DNA of 64,000 nucleotides from a bacterium (GTDB lineage Bacteria; Electryoneota; Electryoneia; Electryoneales; Electryoneaceae), in the NCBI GenBank assembly GCA_963669175.1, contig OY769902.1, positions 640,001 through 704,000 of the forward strand, read 5' to 3'. How positions within the stretch are numbered: the first letter of the stretch is position 1; the number at the start of each line of letters is the position of its first letter. Under the pieces are notes generated by a model. The model searched no databases. It worked only from the letters and a program-made list of their open reading frames with translations, and was not told the origin of the DNA. The translations under genes were made by a program, and so were the position numbers. This document shows, piece after piece, positions 29,301-39,600 of the stretch.

Positions 29301-31395
29301 TGTTGCGATGGGCAGCCAGACAGATCTTTCGCTGCCACGAAACTGGATCATTCCGTCACCCCTGGGACCAAACAATATGATAGCGCCCTATTGGGATGAG
29401 TTACGAACTGTAGGTGATGCAAACATTTCTTATTATTACGACAGTGACACGGGCGCCCTGATTGTCGAGTTTTTCAGGATGCGAGCCCATGAACCAGAAT
29501 TCGCGAACACGTTCCAGGTAATCTTTTACGATACAGCATTGCATCCTACGCCAACCGGCGACAACATGTTTGTCTTTCAGTATAATAGCTGCAACCATTC
29601 GGAAGGCGGCATGCGCTATGATATGCCATACTGGACTACAGGTATCGAAAACGGCGCCCAATCGGACGGCCTTCAGCTTGCTTTCCTGAATATTCTTCAC
29701 CCCAGCGTCACCAGTATCGGGGAAGGTCGTGCGATACTCTTTACCGCCGCCATGCACACAACGGATCGGAATCTCACCGGCACGGTCGTATCCCTGGCTG
29801 ATTCTTCTCCCATTCAGGAAGCGCTTGTTTACACCAATCCACTCAATGTCGTGGTGACTGATTCTACAGGATACTTCTGTTTACCGCTCCAAACCTCTTT
29901 GCCTATGCATGTCTATTTTGAAGCGGATTGTTTTAACCCGGTTTCACGCTTGCTCGACCCGCTTCAGGACGAAATAACCAATGTAACCGTTGCCCTGTCA
30001 AGGCCCGAATTTATTCTCAACACCGAAACCCTGATCGACACATTGTCCGAAAATGAAACAGCTTCGTTCACTGTTTCTGTTTCCAATCCCGGTGACGGCA
30101 TACTGCGATCAGCGCTTACATTTGATGTTCATCAACCGACCATGGCGCTTGAAAAACAGGGCCACCGGTGGATAAGGGAACTGGATGAAACATGGACACG
30201 CAGACCCGGATTCCAACTCTCTACTGAATCTTCCGGGTACCTGGGAATCACGCATAACGGCAGCAATTTCTGGATAAGTGGCACAAATCAGGACAACCCG
30301 AATAATGCCCACCTGTTATACCTGTACACTTCCAATGGTGAGCTGATTCGTTCCTGCAATCAACCTGTGCCGGAGGCAAACCGATCTGCCCTGGGCATGC
30401 AGGATCTGGCCTGGGAAGATGGCTACCTGTATGGCGCCGATGGCAATGTTCTTTACGAGATGGAGCTGAATAACGGCAACTTTACGGTTACCAACCAACT
30501 GGCGGTTCCTGTAAGTCCCGTAACTTATCTCGCCGTTGATTCGTACCGGGGACTATTCTGGTTGGGGAGTACACATACGTATATCACAGGTGTGAACCTG
30601 AACGGGGCTGTTGAATATTCAATTTTTAACGGTTCGTACAGTTTCGCCGGTGGTGACCTGCTACCATCTGCACAACTAAACGAAAACCTGGCGCTGCTAT
30701 CCTGGAACATGGCAACCCATCAGTACCGGGCTATTGAAGTTGTTCCCGAATCAGGAGAGGTTTTGCCCCTGGCAGATTTCACTGGTGGCCTGCTGGACAA
30801 CAGACCTACCGGCGCTTGTATTACCCATGATATGCAATTGTCTGCCTGGATTTTTGCTACAATTGCCCATTTTGAAGAGGTTGACAGCGTTCTCTTATGG
30901 GAAATCGGGCCTTATGACGACTGGGTTTCACTGCCTGAAGCCTACATTGAAGTTGATCCCGGCGAAACATTTGATTTTCCAGTTTCTGCATACAGCTCGG
31001 TGTTACCCCCAATGACGTACACCCTGGACCTGGTTTTCGACCACAACGCCTGCTCTGACAATAGCAACCGGGTGATGATCCAAATGGTGATTATTGATTC
31101 TGATACACCCGAAGAACTTCACGACAGACCATTAGAGTGGGCGCTGGATGCAATCTGGCCCAACCCGTTTAACCCGACAACGCAAATCCGGTATGGATTA
31201 AAAGAAACAACAACTGTTGATGTACAGATATTTGATATCCTGGGGCGTCAGGTAGCTATATTAGCTCATGAGACTCAACAGGCCGGGTGGTACACGATTC
31301 CATTCACGGCAAGCAATCTGTCCAGCGGCTTATACTTTGTACAAATTAACGCAGGCCCTCTTCACGAAACCCGGAAACTGGTATTGTTGAAATAA
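26378..31395 (+). pseudogene. Peptidase C25 family multidomain protein, copy 4, split by a 1-nt frameshift at ~28977 (real lesion or assembly error)
   Basis: ORFs 26357-28981 and 29155-31395 are the two halves of one gene. The second frame is open from 28978 (LTSGNGHTFDLEFSVNFG) and aligns with copy 5 (LTSENGHMYDLFFSVNFG). Confidence 0.85.
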
Positions 31396-31503
31396 CTGGA
31401 GTTGCTTTTTATCATTCCATTTAACTTGTATACTTTTTCTACTTGTCAAGATTTTCCGGTGTTTCTGAAGGAAGAAACGCTTGTTATATTAAGGACTGAT
31501 CTT

Positions 31504-34500
31504 GTGAAGAGATTGCTCCTGTTTATCGTTCTGGCTGTTTTCAGCCTACAGGTCACCCGTGGTAACATCACCTGGGAGAACCTGCCACCAGAAGCGGCCA
31601 ATATCCTGCATGTGCAGCAATGCACCCGCACTGCTGACGGGCTGACCTTATCCCTTTCCTTCGAAGCGCCGGTATTTGAAACGATAGGCGAATCGGGATC
31701 GCTGCAATTGGCGTCCTTTGCCGGAAAAGGCATGCGCAATGACCCTGGCGAACCGGCCACACCCACGATAGGACGCTTGTTTCGTCTGCCTCCGACCGGG
31801 GGTGTTACTGTGGAAGTCCTTGATTTCGAGTTCGAGACCCTGACCGGCGTGGATTACGCTGCCTGCAGCAGCGAGCTGGATGAAATCGAGTATGGTTCCT
31901 GTGCAAACCGGGACGCCTGGTTTCCGGAAGCTCTTGTTGAGGTCAGTGATCCTGCCATTTTCCACGATTTCCGTGTCGCAAGCCTGCTGACCAACCCGGT
32001 TCAGGTCAACCCGGCGCGGAATGAAGTGCGCGTTTACAGCCGGATGAATGTCGCCATCCGTTTTGATGGCAATGACAACCGTAACTCTATTCCCACCCAA
32101 CCAGTAAAACTCAGTTCCACTTTCCTACCCTGGTACCGTGAGTTCCTCGACTGGGACGATAACGAGCTTGATGAATTCGAGTTCTACGAGGGTAATGTGG
32201 TCGTTGTCATGCGTGACGACGAGGTTCTTTGGGAAGCGATGGAAGAGTGGATTGCCTGGAAACGGCAAAAGGGATGGAAGCTGGATTTTCTGACGGATGC
32301 GGGATTCGAAAACTGGACTGCTGACGATATTATTACCGAACTCTGCTATCGATACGAGACTGCGGAAGAAAAATTCGATATCGTTGTGATCGTGGGTGAT
32401 GATACCGGTTCTTTCCCGGTGCCGGCTTCATCCGGATCAGGTGTGGGCCATGGTGATATTCATTACGCACGACTTGCAGGTGATGACTGGCTGGTGGATG
32501 TGGCAGTGGGGCGTATGTCTGTGGAATCGTTGCAGGAGGTCGTTTTGGTGACCTCCAAGACAATCAACTATGAGCTATACCCCTTTATGGACGATACTGG
32601 CTGGTACCAACGTGCGTCGCTGTACCGTTCAGATTCTCATGCCGGGATATCAAAAATCATGACACTGCGTTACTGGAGACGGTTGCTATTTGAGAATGGT
32701 TATGCACAAGTGGACACCAACTGGAATCACGGACACACTCCAATCATTGAAGCAATTAACAATGGAGTTAGCGTATACAGTCATCGGGGCTATCTTGGTA
32801 CAGGACTACAGATTACCGATGTCAACAACCTTTCAAATGATTTCATGTTACCCGCTGTTGTTGATCTGACCTGCTATACCGGGAACTGGTCGAACAGCCT
32901 GGGTATCAACGAGTCCTGGTTGCGGGCCGGTACTGTTCAAACTCCTACCGGTGGTATTGGCGCGATAGGCATGACAACGGCTGCCAACTGTCCAAACTTT
33001 AATAACTGTATAAGTGGTGGAACCGCCCATACACTGTTGGTACACCACAATCCTGAATTTGGCAGAATGTGGCTTGGCGCGCAAATCAACCTCTGGCAGA
33101 ACTTTCATCTCCACGATCCGACTTACATGAACAACGAGCAACAGTGGTGCAACCTGATGGGAGACCCGACAACCTGGTTGTGGACCGCTGTCCCGGAATC
33201 TCTGAACCTGGATGTACAGAACCAGCTCTACCTGGGTGAAAACCAGGTTATAGCGAATGTCACAGATAATTCTGGTGATCCTGTATCTGAAGCATGGGTA
33301 ACATTTTACAAGGCTAATAATAATGAAGATGTTGTTTATTCGACACAAACAGACGCCAACGGCGATGCCATCCTTCAGACATTATGCCGATTCACGGGAT
33401 CTGGCACTATTACCGCCAGCAAGCGAAACTGTATTCCTGCAACAGTTCAGGCCACGATCAGTAATTCTGAAGATGTGGTCAGTTTTGAGGATTTCCTGAT
33501 TATTGATGACGGGAGCAATGGTACCCAGGGAAACGGAGACGGGATTCCTCAAAATGGTGAAACTGTCGGGTTGCGCCTGAAACTGGTCTGTCAATCTGGT
33601 ATTGCTCAGACGGGAATCATTGTTTCAGGTTCCTCGGAAGATCGTGGTGTTACCAGTGTAACCGGGAACATTTTAAGAGGCATGATGAATCCGGGAGAGG
33701 CGGTCTGGGAGACCGATGTACTATTGGTAGAACTGTCCGGTACTATCACCGACCACTGGATAATTCATATTGACCTGAATTTCAGTTCAGACCAGAGCCA
33801 CCATGTGACAACATGCAGTTTTCCCGTAAGGTCTCCCCAATACGGCCTTGTGTTTGCCGAAATGTCTGACATCAGTCCGGGGGACGAGGGGGAAATAACA
33901 ATAACCATACAAAATACCGGTGGTCACTTCGCCGATAATGCGATGGGGACGTTGTACAGTTTACAGGGAATGATCTTGGGTAACAATGAATCCATGATTC
34001 TGGGTGATATCGCTGTGGGTGATACTGCCACAGCAGTATTCTCCATTTCTTCTGAAGAGACAGTTTTGCCGGGTATCATGGTACCGGTCCTGTTAGCTTT
34101 GACCAGCGAAAATGGACACATGTATGACCTGTTCTTTTCTGTCAACTTCGGCGGGGTTGACGCGACTGACGTAACTGGACCTGACCAGTACGGCTATATC
34201 GCAGTAGAGAATACGGATATCGTTCCCGGCGATTCCCTTGTTCCGGATTACAACTGGATAGAAATCAACCCCGACGCCCCTGATCCCGACTTTCAGGGAA
34301 CCCTGCTTGACCTGGAAGACCTATCTGAGAATGATGACGAAGCTATATCCATCCCACTCCCTTTCACGATTCAGTATTACGGCAATTCCTTTGATACGTT
34401 GACTGTCAGCACAAACGGTTATGTTGCCATGGGTAACCAGGCGGATCTTTCACTCGCTCGTAACTGGACAATCCCATCCCCCCTTGGCCCCAACAACATG

Positions 34501-36516
34501 ATTGCCCCTTATTGGGACGAACTGCAAACCAATGGCGATGCCGCGATTGTAACATATCACGACGATGGCTCCGGCATCTTCATCGTCGAGTTTTACAGGA
34601 TGCGTCATCACAATTATAACTATGAAAGTACCTTCGAACTGCTCTTTTATGACACCGAACACTATCCCACATTTACAAACGACAACCGTTTCCTGTTTCA
34701 GTATGGTTTGTGCGAGCATTCGACCGGAGGTATGAGTTATGATATCCCCTTTTGGACCACCGGTATTGAAAATGGAAACCAGACTGACGGACTGCAACTG
34801 GCTTACCGGAATACCATGAATCCTACTATTGCCAGGATTGACAGCGGACGCGCCATTTTATTTTCTGTCGCCTTTCCGCAGGTGCATGTCGTCGCATCAG
34901 GCCAGGTCGTTACTGCAGCAGACAACCAGCCAGTGCCCAACGCCCTGGTCTATACAGAACCATTCAATTCCGTAGTTGCCGATTCCATGGGATTCTTTAA
35001 CCTTGATCTATATTCCTATTTGTCTATTGATATTTTTGTAGAAAAGGAATGTTTTAATCTGCAAGTACATCACTTGATACCGTATGAGGATGATATTCAA
35101 AATATTACCATTGCGCTGACCCAACCATCTTTCAGCCTGGACAGGCACACAATCATGGACACGCTGGCCAACAATGAAACAGCATCGCACTCGGTATTCG
35201 TTGAAAATGCAGGTGACGGGACATTGACTTCTTCGCTCACGTTCGAAGTGTGTGAGCCTGAAATCCATGCAGCAAAGGTATCTCCCCGCTGGATCAGCGA
35301 GCTTGACGAACAATGGACGCGCATTCCCGGCTTCCAACTATCTACAGAGGAGTTTAACCACTACGGAATCACGTACGATGGCAACAACTTCTGGATCGCT
35401 GGCGCTAACAGCGCAAACCCGGATGCTCCCAATTTGCTGTATAAGTATTCCGTTGACGGCACCATGATCTCTTCCTGTCCGCAACCGGTGCCGGAGGATC
35501 AGCGTTCCTATCTGGGTATGCGGAACCTGACATGGGAAGACGGCTGCCTGTACGGCGTTGACAACTATATTCTATACGAGATGACGCCTGTGGATGATAC
35601 CATGCAGGTAAACTTCCAGGTGGATGTTCCCTTACCGCGAACAAGATTCCTGGCCGTGGACTCCTTCCGTGGCCTCTTCTGGATGAAGGACATCACCTCC
35701 AACATGTATGGCATTAATCTGAATGGGAACATCGAATATGCTTTTGAAGATATCCCTTATGATATCTATGGTGGCGATATGCTGCGATACTCAAACTGCA
35801 ATAACAATCTTGGATTATTAACCTGGTATCACATTTCCCATGACATACGATTACTGGAGTTTAATCCTGATACCGAGGTATTTCAGAACCTCACCGACAC
35901 CAGCCTTGGCGCCCTGGAAGAATCGCCAGGGGGCGCATGTTTCTTCTGTAACGGCCAACAATCCTCCTGGAATTTTGCCACGATCGCCAGTTTCGAAGAC
36001 GCGGACAGTGTACTGATATGGGAAATTGAGCCGTTCGACGAGTGGCTTTACCTGCCGGAATCGTACATCGAACTTCCCCCCGGAGGGCTGCAAGAAATCC
36101 CCATACAACTCAGCAGCATGTTTTTGCCGCCTGGAACATACAGCCTTGACCTGGTTTTCGATTATAATGCCTGTAGCGAGGTTTCAAACCGTGTGTTAAT
36201 CCGGATGACTGTTTCATCGACATCGTCTCCGGAAGAGCCCACGGGAAGACCCCTGGAGTGGAAACTGGACGCGATCTGGCCCAATCCATTTAATCCTACG
36301 GCACAGATACGCTATGGAATAAAAGAAGCAACTCGTGTTGACATACGAGTTTATGATATCCTTGGACGTGAAGTGACAGTCCTTGCGCATGAATCGCAGG
36401 CAGCCGGTTGGCATACCGTCCCCTTTACAGCTCCTGAGCTTGCCAGCGGGGTATATTTTTTGAGAATTCACGCTGGTCCGTTGCGTGAAACCAGAAAGCT
36501 TATTTTATTAAAGTAG
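31504..36516 (+). CDS. Peptidase C25 family multidomain protein, copy 5, T9SS-type CTD
   Basis: AAGGA at 31491 before GTG 31504 (signal peptide MKRLLLFIVLAVFSL); SHRGY, DLTCYTGNW, NLMGDP. The ORF track start 31402 is probably too early. Confidence 0.88.
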   Translation: MKRLLLFIVLAVFSLQVTRGNITWENLPPEAANILHVQQCTRTADGLTLSLSFEAPVFETIGESGSLQLASFAGKGMRNDPGEPATPTIGRLFRLPPTGGVTVEVLDFEFETLTGVDYAACSSELDEIEYGSCANRDAWFPEALVEVSDPAIFHDFRVASLLTNPVQVNPARNEVRVYSRMNVAIRFDGNDNRNSIPTQPVKLSSTFLPWYREFLDWDDNELDEFEFYEGNVVVVMRDDEVLWEAMEEWIAWKRQKGWKLDFLTDAGFENWTADDIITELCYRYETAEEKFDIVVIVGDDTGSFPVPASSGSGVGHGDIHYARLAGDDWLVDVAVGRMSVESLQEVVLVTSKTINYELYPFMDDTGWYQRASLYRSDSHAGISKIMTLRYWRRLLFENGYAQVDTNWNHGHTPIIEAINNGVSVYSHRGYLGTGLQITDVNNLSNDFMLPAVVDLTCYTGNWSNSLGINESWLRAGTVQTPTGGIGAIGMTTAANCPNFNNCISGGTAHTLLVHHNPEFGRMWLGAQINLWQNFHLHDPTYMNNEQQWCNLMGDPTTWLWTAVPESLNLDVQNQLYLGENQVIANVTDNSGDPVSEAWVTFYKANNNEDVVYSTQTDANGDAILQTLCRFTGSGTITASKRNCIPATVQATISNSEDVVSFEDFLIIDDGSNGTQGNGDGIPQNGETVGLRLKLVCQSGIAQTGIIVSGSSEDRGVTSVTGNILRGMMNPGEAVWETDVLLVELSGTITDHWIIHIDLNFSSDQSHHVTTCSFPVRSPQYGLVFAEMSDISPGDEGEITITIQNTGGHFADNAMGTLYSLQGMILGNNESMILGDIAVGDTATAVFSISSEETVLPGIMVPVLLALTSENGHMYDLFFSVNFGGVDATDVTGPDQYGYIAVENTDIVPGDSLVPDYNWIEINPDAPDPDFQGTLLDLEDLSENDDEAISIPLPFTIQYYGNSFDTLTVSTNGYVAMGNQADLSLARNWTIPSPLGPNNMIAPYWDELQTNGDAAIVTYHDDGSGIFIVEFYRMRHHNYNYESTFELLFYDTEHYPTFTNDNRFLFQYGLCEHSTGGMSYDIPFWTTGIENGNQTDGLQLAYRNTMNPTIARIDSGRAILFSVAFPQVHVVASGQVVTAADNQPVPNALVYTEPFNSVVADSMGFFNLDLYSYLSIDIFVEKECFNLQVHHLIPYEDDIQNITIALTQPSFSLDRHTIMDTLANNETASHSVFVENAGDGTLTSSLTFEVCEPEIHAAKVSPRWISELDEQWTRIPGFQLSTEEFNHYGITYDGNNFWIAGANSANPDAPNLLYKYSVDGTMISSCPQPVPEDQRSYLGMRNLTWEDGCLYGVDNYILYEMTPVDDTMQVNFQVDVPLPRTRFLAVDSFRGLFWMKDITSNMYGINLNGNIEYAFEDIPYDIYGGDMLRYSNCNNNLGLLTWYHISHDIRLLEFNPDTEVFQNLTDTSLGALEESPGGACFFCNGQQSSWNFATIASFEDADSVLIWEIEPFDEWLYLPESYIELPPGGLQEIPIQLSSMFLPPGTYSLDLVFDYNACSEVSNRVLIRMTVSSTSSPEEPTGRPLEWKLDAIWPNPFNPTAQIRYGIKEATRVDIRVYDILGREVTVLAHESQAAGWHTVPFTAPELASGVYFLRIHAGPLRETRKLILLK

Positions 36517-36648
36517 CTGTTATTATTATGTGTCCTGGAACGAAGTTATACCCTTCAGGATGTGGGGTTGCAGATAGTGTTTCACCTTTGTAACAGAGCT
36601 TGATGGAACGTACCTGGATGATTTGACTGAATACTGTAAAGGCTGGCC

Positions 36649-39600
36649 ATGAACCGGAACAGCTTGATAGTGTGCACGTTGCTTCTTGTTTTGCCTTGCA
36701 TTTGCCTGGGTTCAATTCCGGAAGTATTATCTCAGCAGGCGCCGACGATTATTCATGTTGAGCAGTGCCGTCAACATCCCGACGGCTTCGACCTGCTTCT
36801 GTCTTTCGAGTCACCTTCCTTTGAATCTGTGGAAAACCATCCCGGCCTGGTTGTTCCCACCTTTTCCGGCGCCGGCCTGCATCTCGAATCCGGTCAACCG
36901 GTTACACCACAAGCAGGACGCCTGTTTCGTCTTCCGCCAACCGGCAGCGCCAGTGTGGAAATAATCTCCGCAGAATACACGACGATTTCAGATGTTCAGA
37001 TCGCTCATTGCCGCAATGAACTTGATGAAGAAGATATCACGTTTGGCCCTGGGGCAAATCTGCAGGACGCCTGGTATCCCGGCCCTGTTGCTGAAGTGGG
37101 TTCACCGGCCCTGTTTCATGACTTTCGCGTTGCCAACCTGCTGACCCACCCCGTGCAAGTGAATCCTGCCCGCAACGAAATGCGGGTATACAATCGTATG
37201 GAAATCGCCATCCGTTTTGACGGGCAGGACAACCGGAATTCTTTACCTCAACAGCCATCCAAAATCAGCGCCACCTTTCTTCCCTTGTACCGTGATTTCC
37301 TGGATTGGGATGACAGCGAACTGGACGAGTATCTGTACTACCAGGGCAATGTAGTGGTTGTCGCACAGAATGATGACAACCTGATGGAAACCCTGCAACC
37401 CTGGATAGAATGGAAACGTCAGAAAGGATGGAAGCTGGAATTCCTGACAGACGATGATGTGGCTGGCTGGACCTACACCAATATAATCAACGAGTTACAA
37501 TCAAGATATAACCTTGCAGACGAGAAGTTTGATTTTGTCGTGGTTGTCGGCGACGACCAGGGGGCGTTCCCTGTCCCGGCCTCAACCGGTGCAATCTATG
37601 GCGCCGGTGATTTGCATTATGGACGATTAGCCGGCGATGATTACCTGGTAGACGCTGCCGTTGGAAGAATAACTGTGGAGGATATTTCACAGGTCGCTGC
37701 TGCCACAAGCAAAATCATTGGCTACGAGAGCGATCCCTTTATGGATGATACGGACTGGTTTCAGCATGCAGCGCTGTACAAGTCTGATGATACTCACAGT
37801 GGAACATCCAAGGTTTTAACTTTACGCTACTGGTTGCATTTGCTTCGTCAGGTTGGCTATACCCAGGTGGACACGTCATGGGAACAGGATAATATCTTCA
37901 TGACGGGGTTACTTGAGGATGGTGTCTCGGTTTTCAGCCATCGTGGTTATCTCGGATATGGTCTCCAGGCAAACCATATCAGTGTTCTGGAAAATGACTA
38001 TAAACTACCGATGGTTGTAGATCTGACCTGTATGACCGGCAACTGGTCCCAGGGAACCGGCACCAATGAAGTCTGGTTCCGTGCCGGGACTGTTGATGTT
38101 CCTACCGGCGCGATAGGGGCCATTGGTATGGCCACAACTTCCAACCGGCCCGACATGAACAACCCCATAAGCGGTGGAGCCGCACAGGCTTTGCTCGGGT
38201 ATCGCATCCCGGAAATCGGCATGACATGGCTGGGAGCGCAGGTAAACCTGTGGCAGAATTACGATGACGTTCAGACAGCCACTTCCAGGCAAAACCAGGC
38301 ATGGTGCAACCTGATGGGCGATCCAACCACCTGGGCCTGGACTGCTGTCCCGCAGGAATTGACTATCAGTTGTGATCAAACAATGTACGTTGGAGACAAT
38401 ACAGTAACTGTAAGTGTTTCGGATGAAAATGGCGAACCAGTAAGCGGGGCCTGGGTAACATATTATAAAGTTGACGATTACGAAGAAATCGTGGAAACAA
38501 AATTATCTCAGTCCGACGGAACTGTAGTTCTGTATACCCCGAATCGTTTCACTGGAACTGGTGTCGTAACAGCAAGCAAACAGCATTATGTACCAGTTCA
38601 ACAGCAGATAGCTATCAGCACCCCAACCGGGCGGATCGGGTATGCGGATATGGCCATTGTGGATAATGGCCAGGGGGAAACGGTCGGTAATGGCGATGGT
38701 GTGGCGCAGGCCGGAGAAACAATTGGCATCAGGCTCGCCCTGAAAAACTTCGGACAAATTGCCCAATCCAGTATTGTTGTTTCCGGAGCATCCGACGACC
38801 CCATGATTCAGGCTGTCAGTGGAGCCATCTCACGAGAGTCCCTGATCCCCGGTCAACAAGCTTGGGATAACGATATCATCATTGTTCAGCTTGCACCCAA
38901 CATTCAGGACGAATGGCTTGTGCATCTTGACCTGCTGTTCAGCACTGACCAGGGCGACTATGAGGATGAATGTGAAATCCTGGTTCGTGCGCCGAAATTT
39001 GAAATCCATTCTGTCACGACTCAAAACATGAGGCCCGGACAGGCAGGATCGGTTATAGCCTATATCCAGAATATTGGCGGAGCCGACGCCGGAAACGCAC
39101 ATGCCACACTGATATCGTCAAGCAATTTCGTCATAACAAATGGCGCCAGTGTTCCTGTGGGAGATATTGGTATTGATGGCTGGGCCTGTGCAACATTTGA
39201 TGTAAGTCTAAGCCCGGTTGCTGCACATGGTATAGAGGTTGATGCCAGCATAGTGATTGTTGACGAAAACACACATACATCCACAGCATTATTTACCCTG
39301 CCCATTGGGGAACGGGAAAGCTGGGATCCTGTTGGCCCTGATGGCTATGGGTATCTTGCTATTGAAAACTGCGACTCTGTTCATGAAAACCTGGCGGTGG
39401 AATTTAACTGGCTTGAGATTAATCCATTTGCAGATGATCCGGTGTATGCCGGCACGATATTGGACCTGGAAGACCTTGCCGAAAACGATGATGATGCAGT
39501 GTCGCTGCCACTTCCTTTTCCTGTCAGCTATTACGGTGAAGTGTTTGATACGATAACCGTAACGGCAAACGGCTATGTCGCCCTCGGCAACCAGGCTGAC

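Noticed and set aside
29155-31395. Independent 746-aa gene
   Set aside because: The frame is open and homologous from 28978, with no signal peptide; it is the distal half of copy 4.
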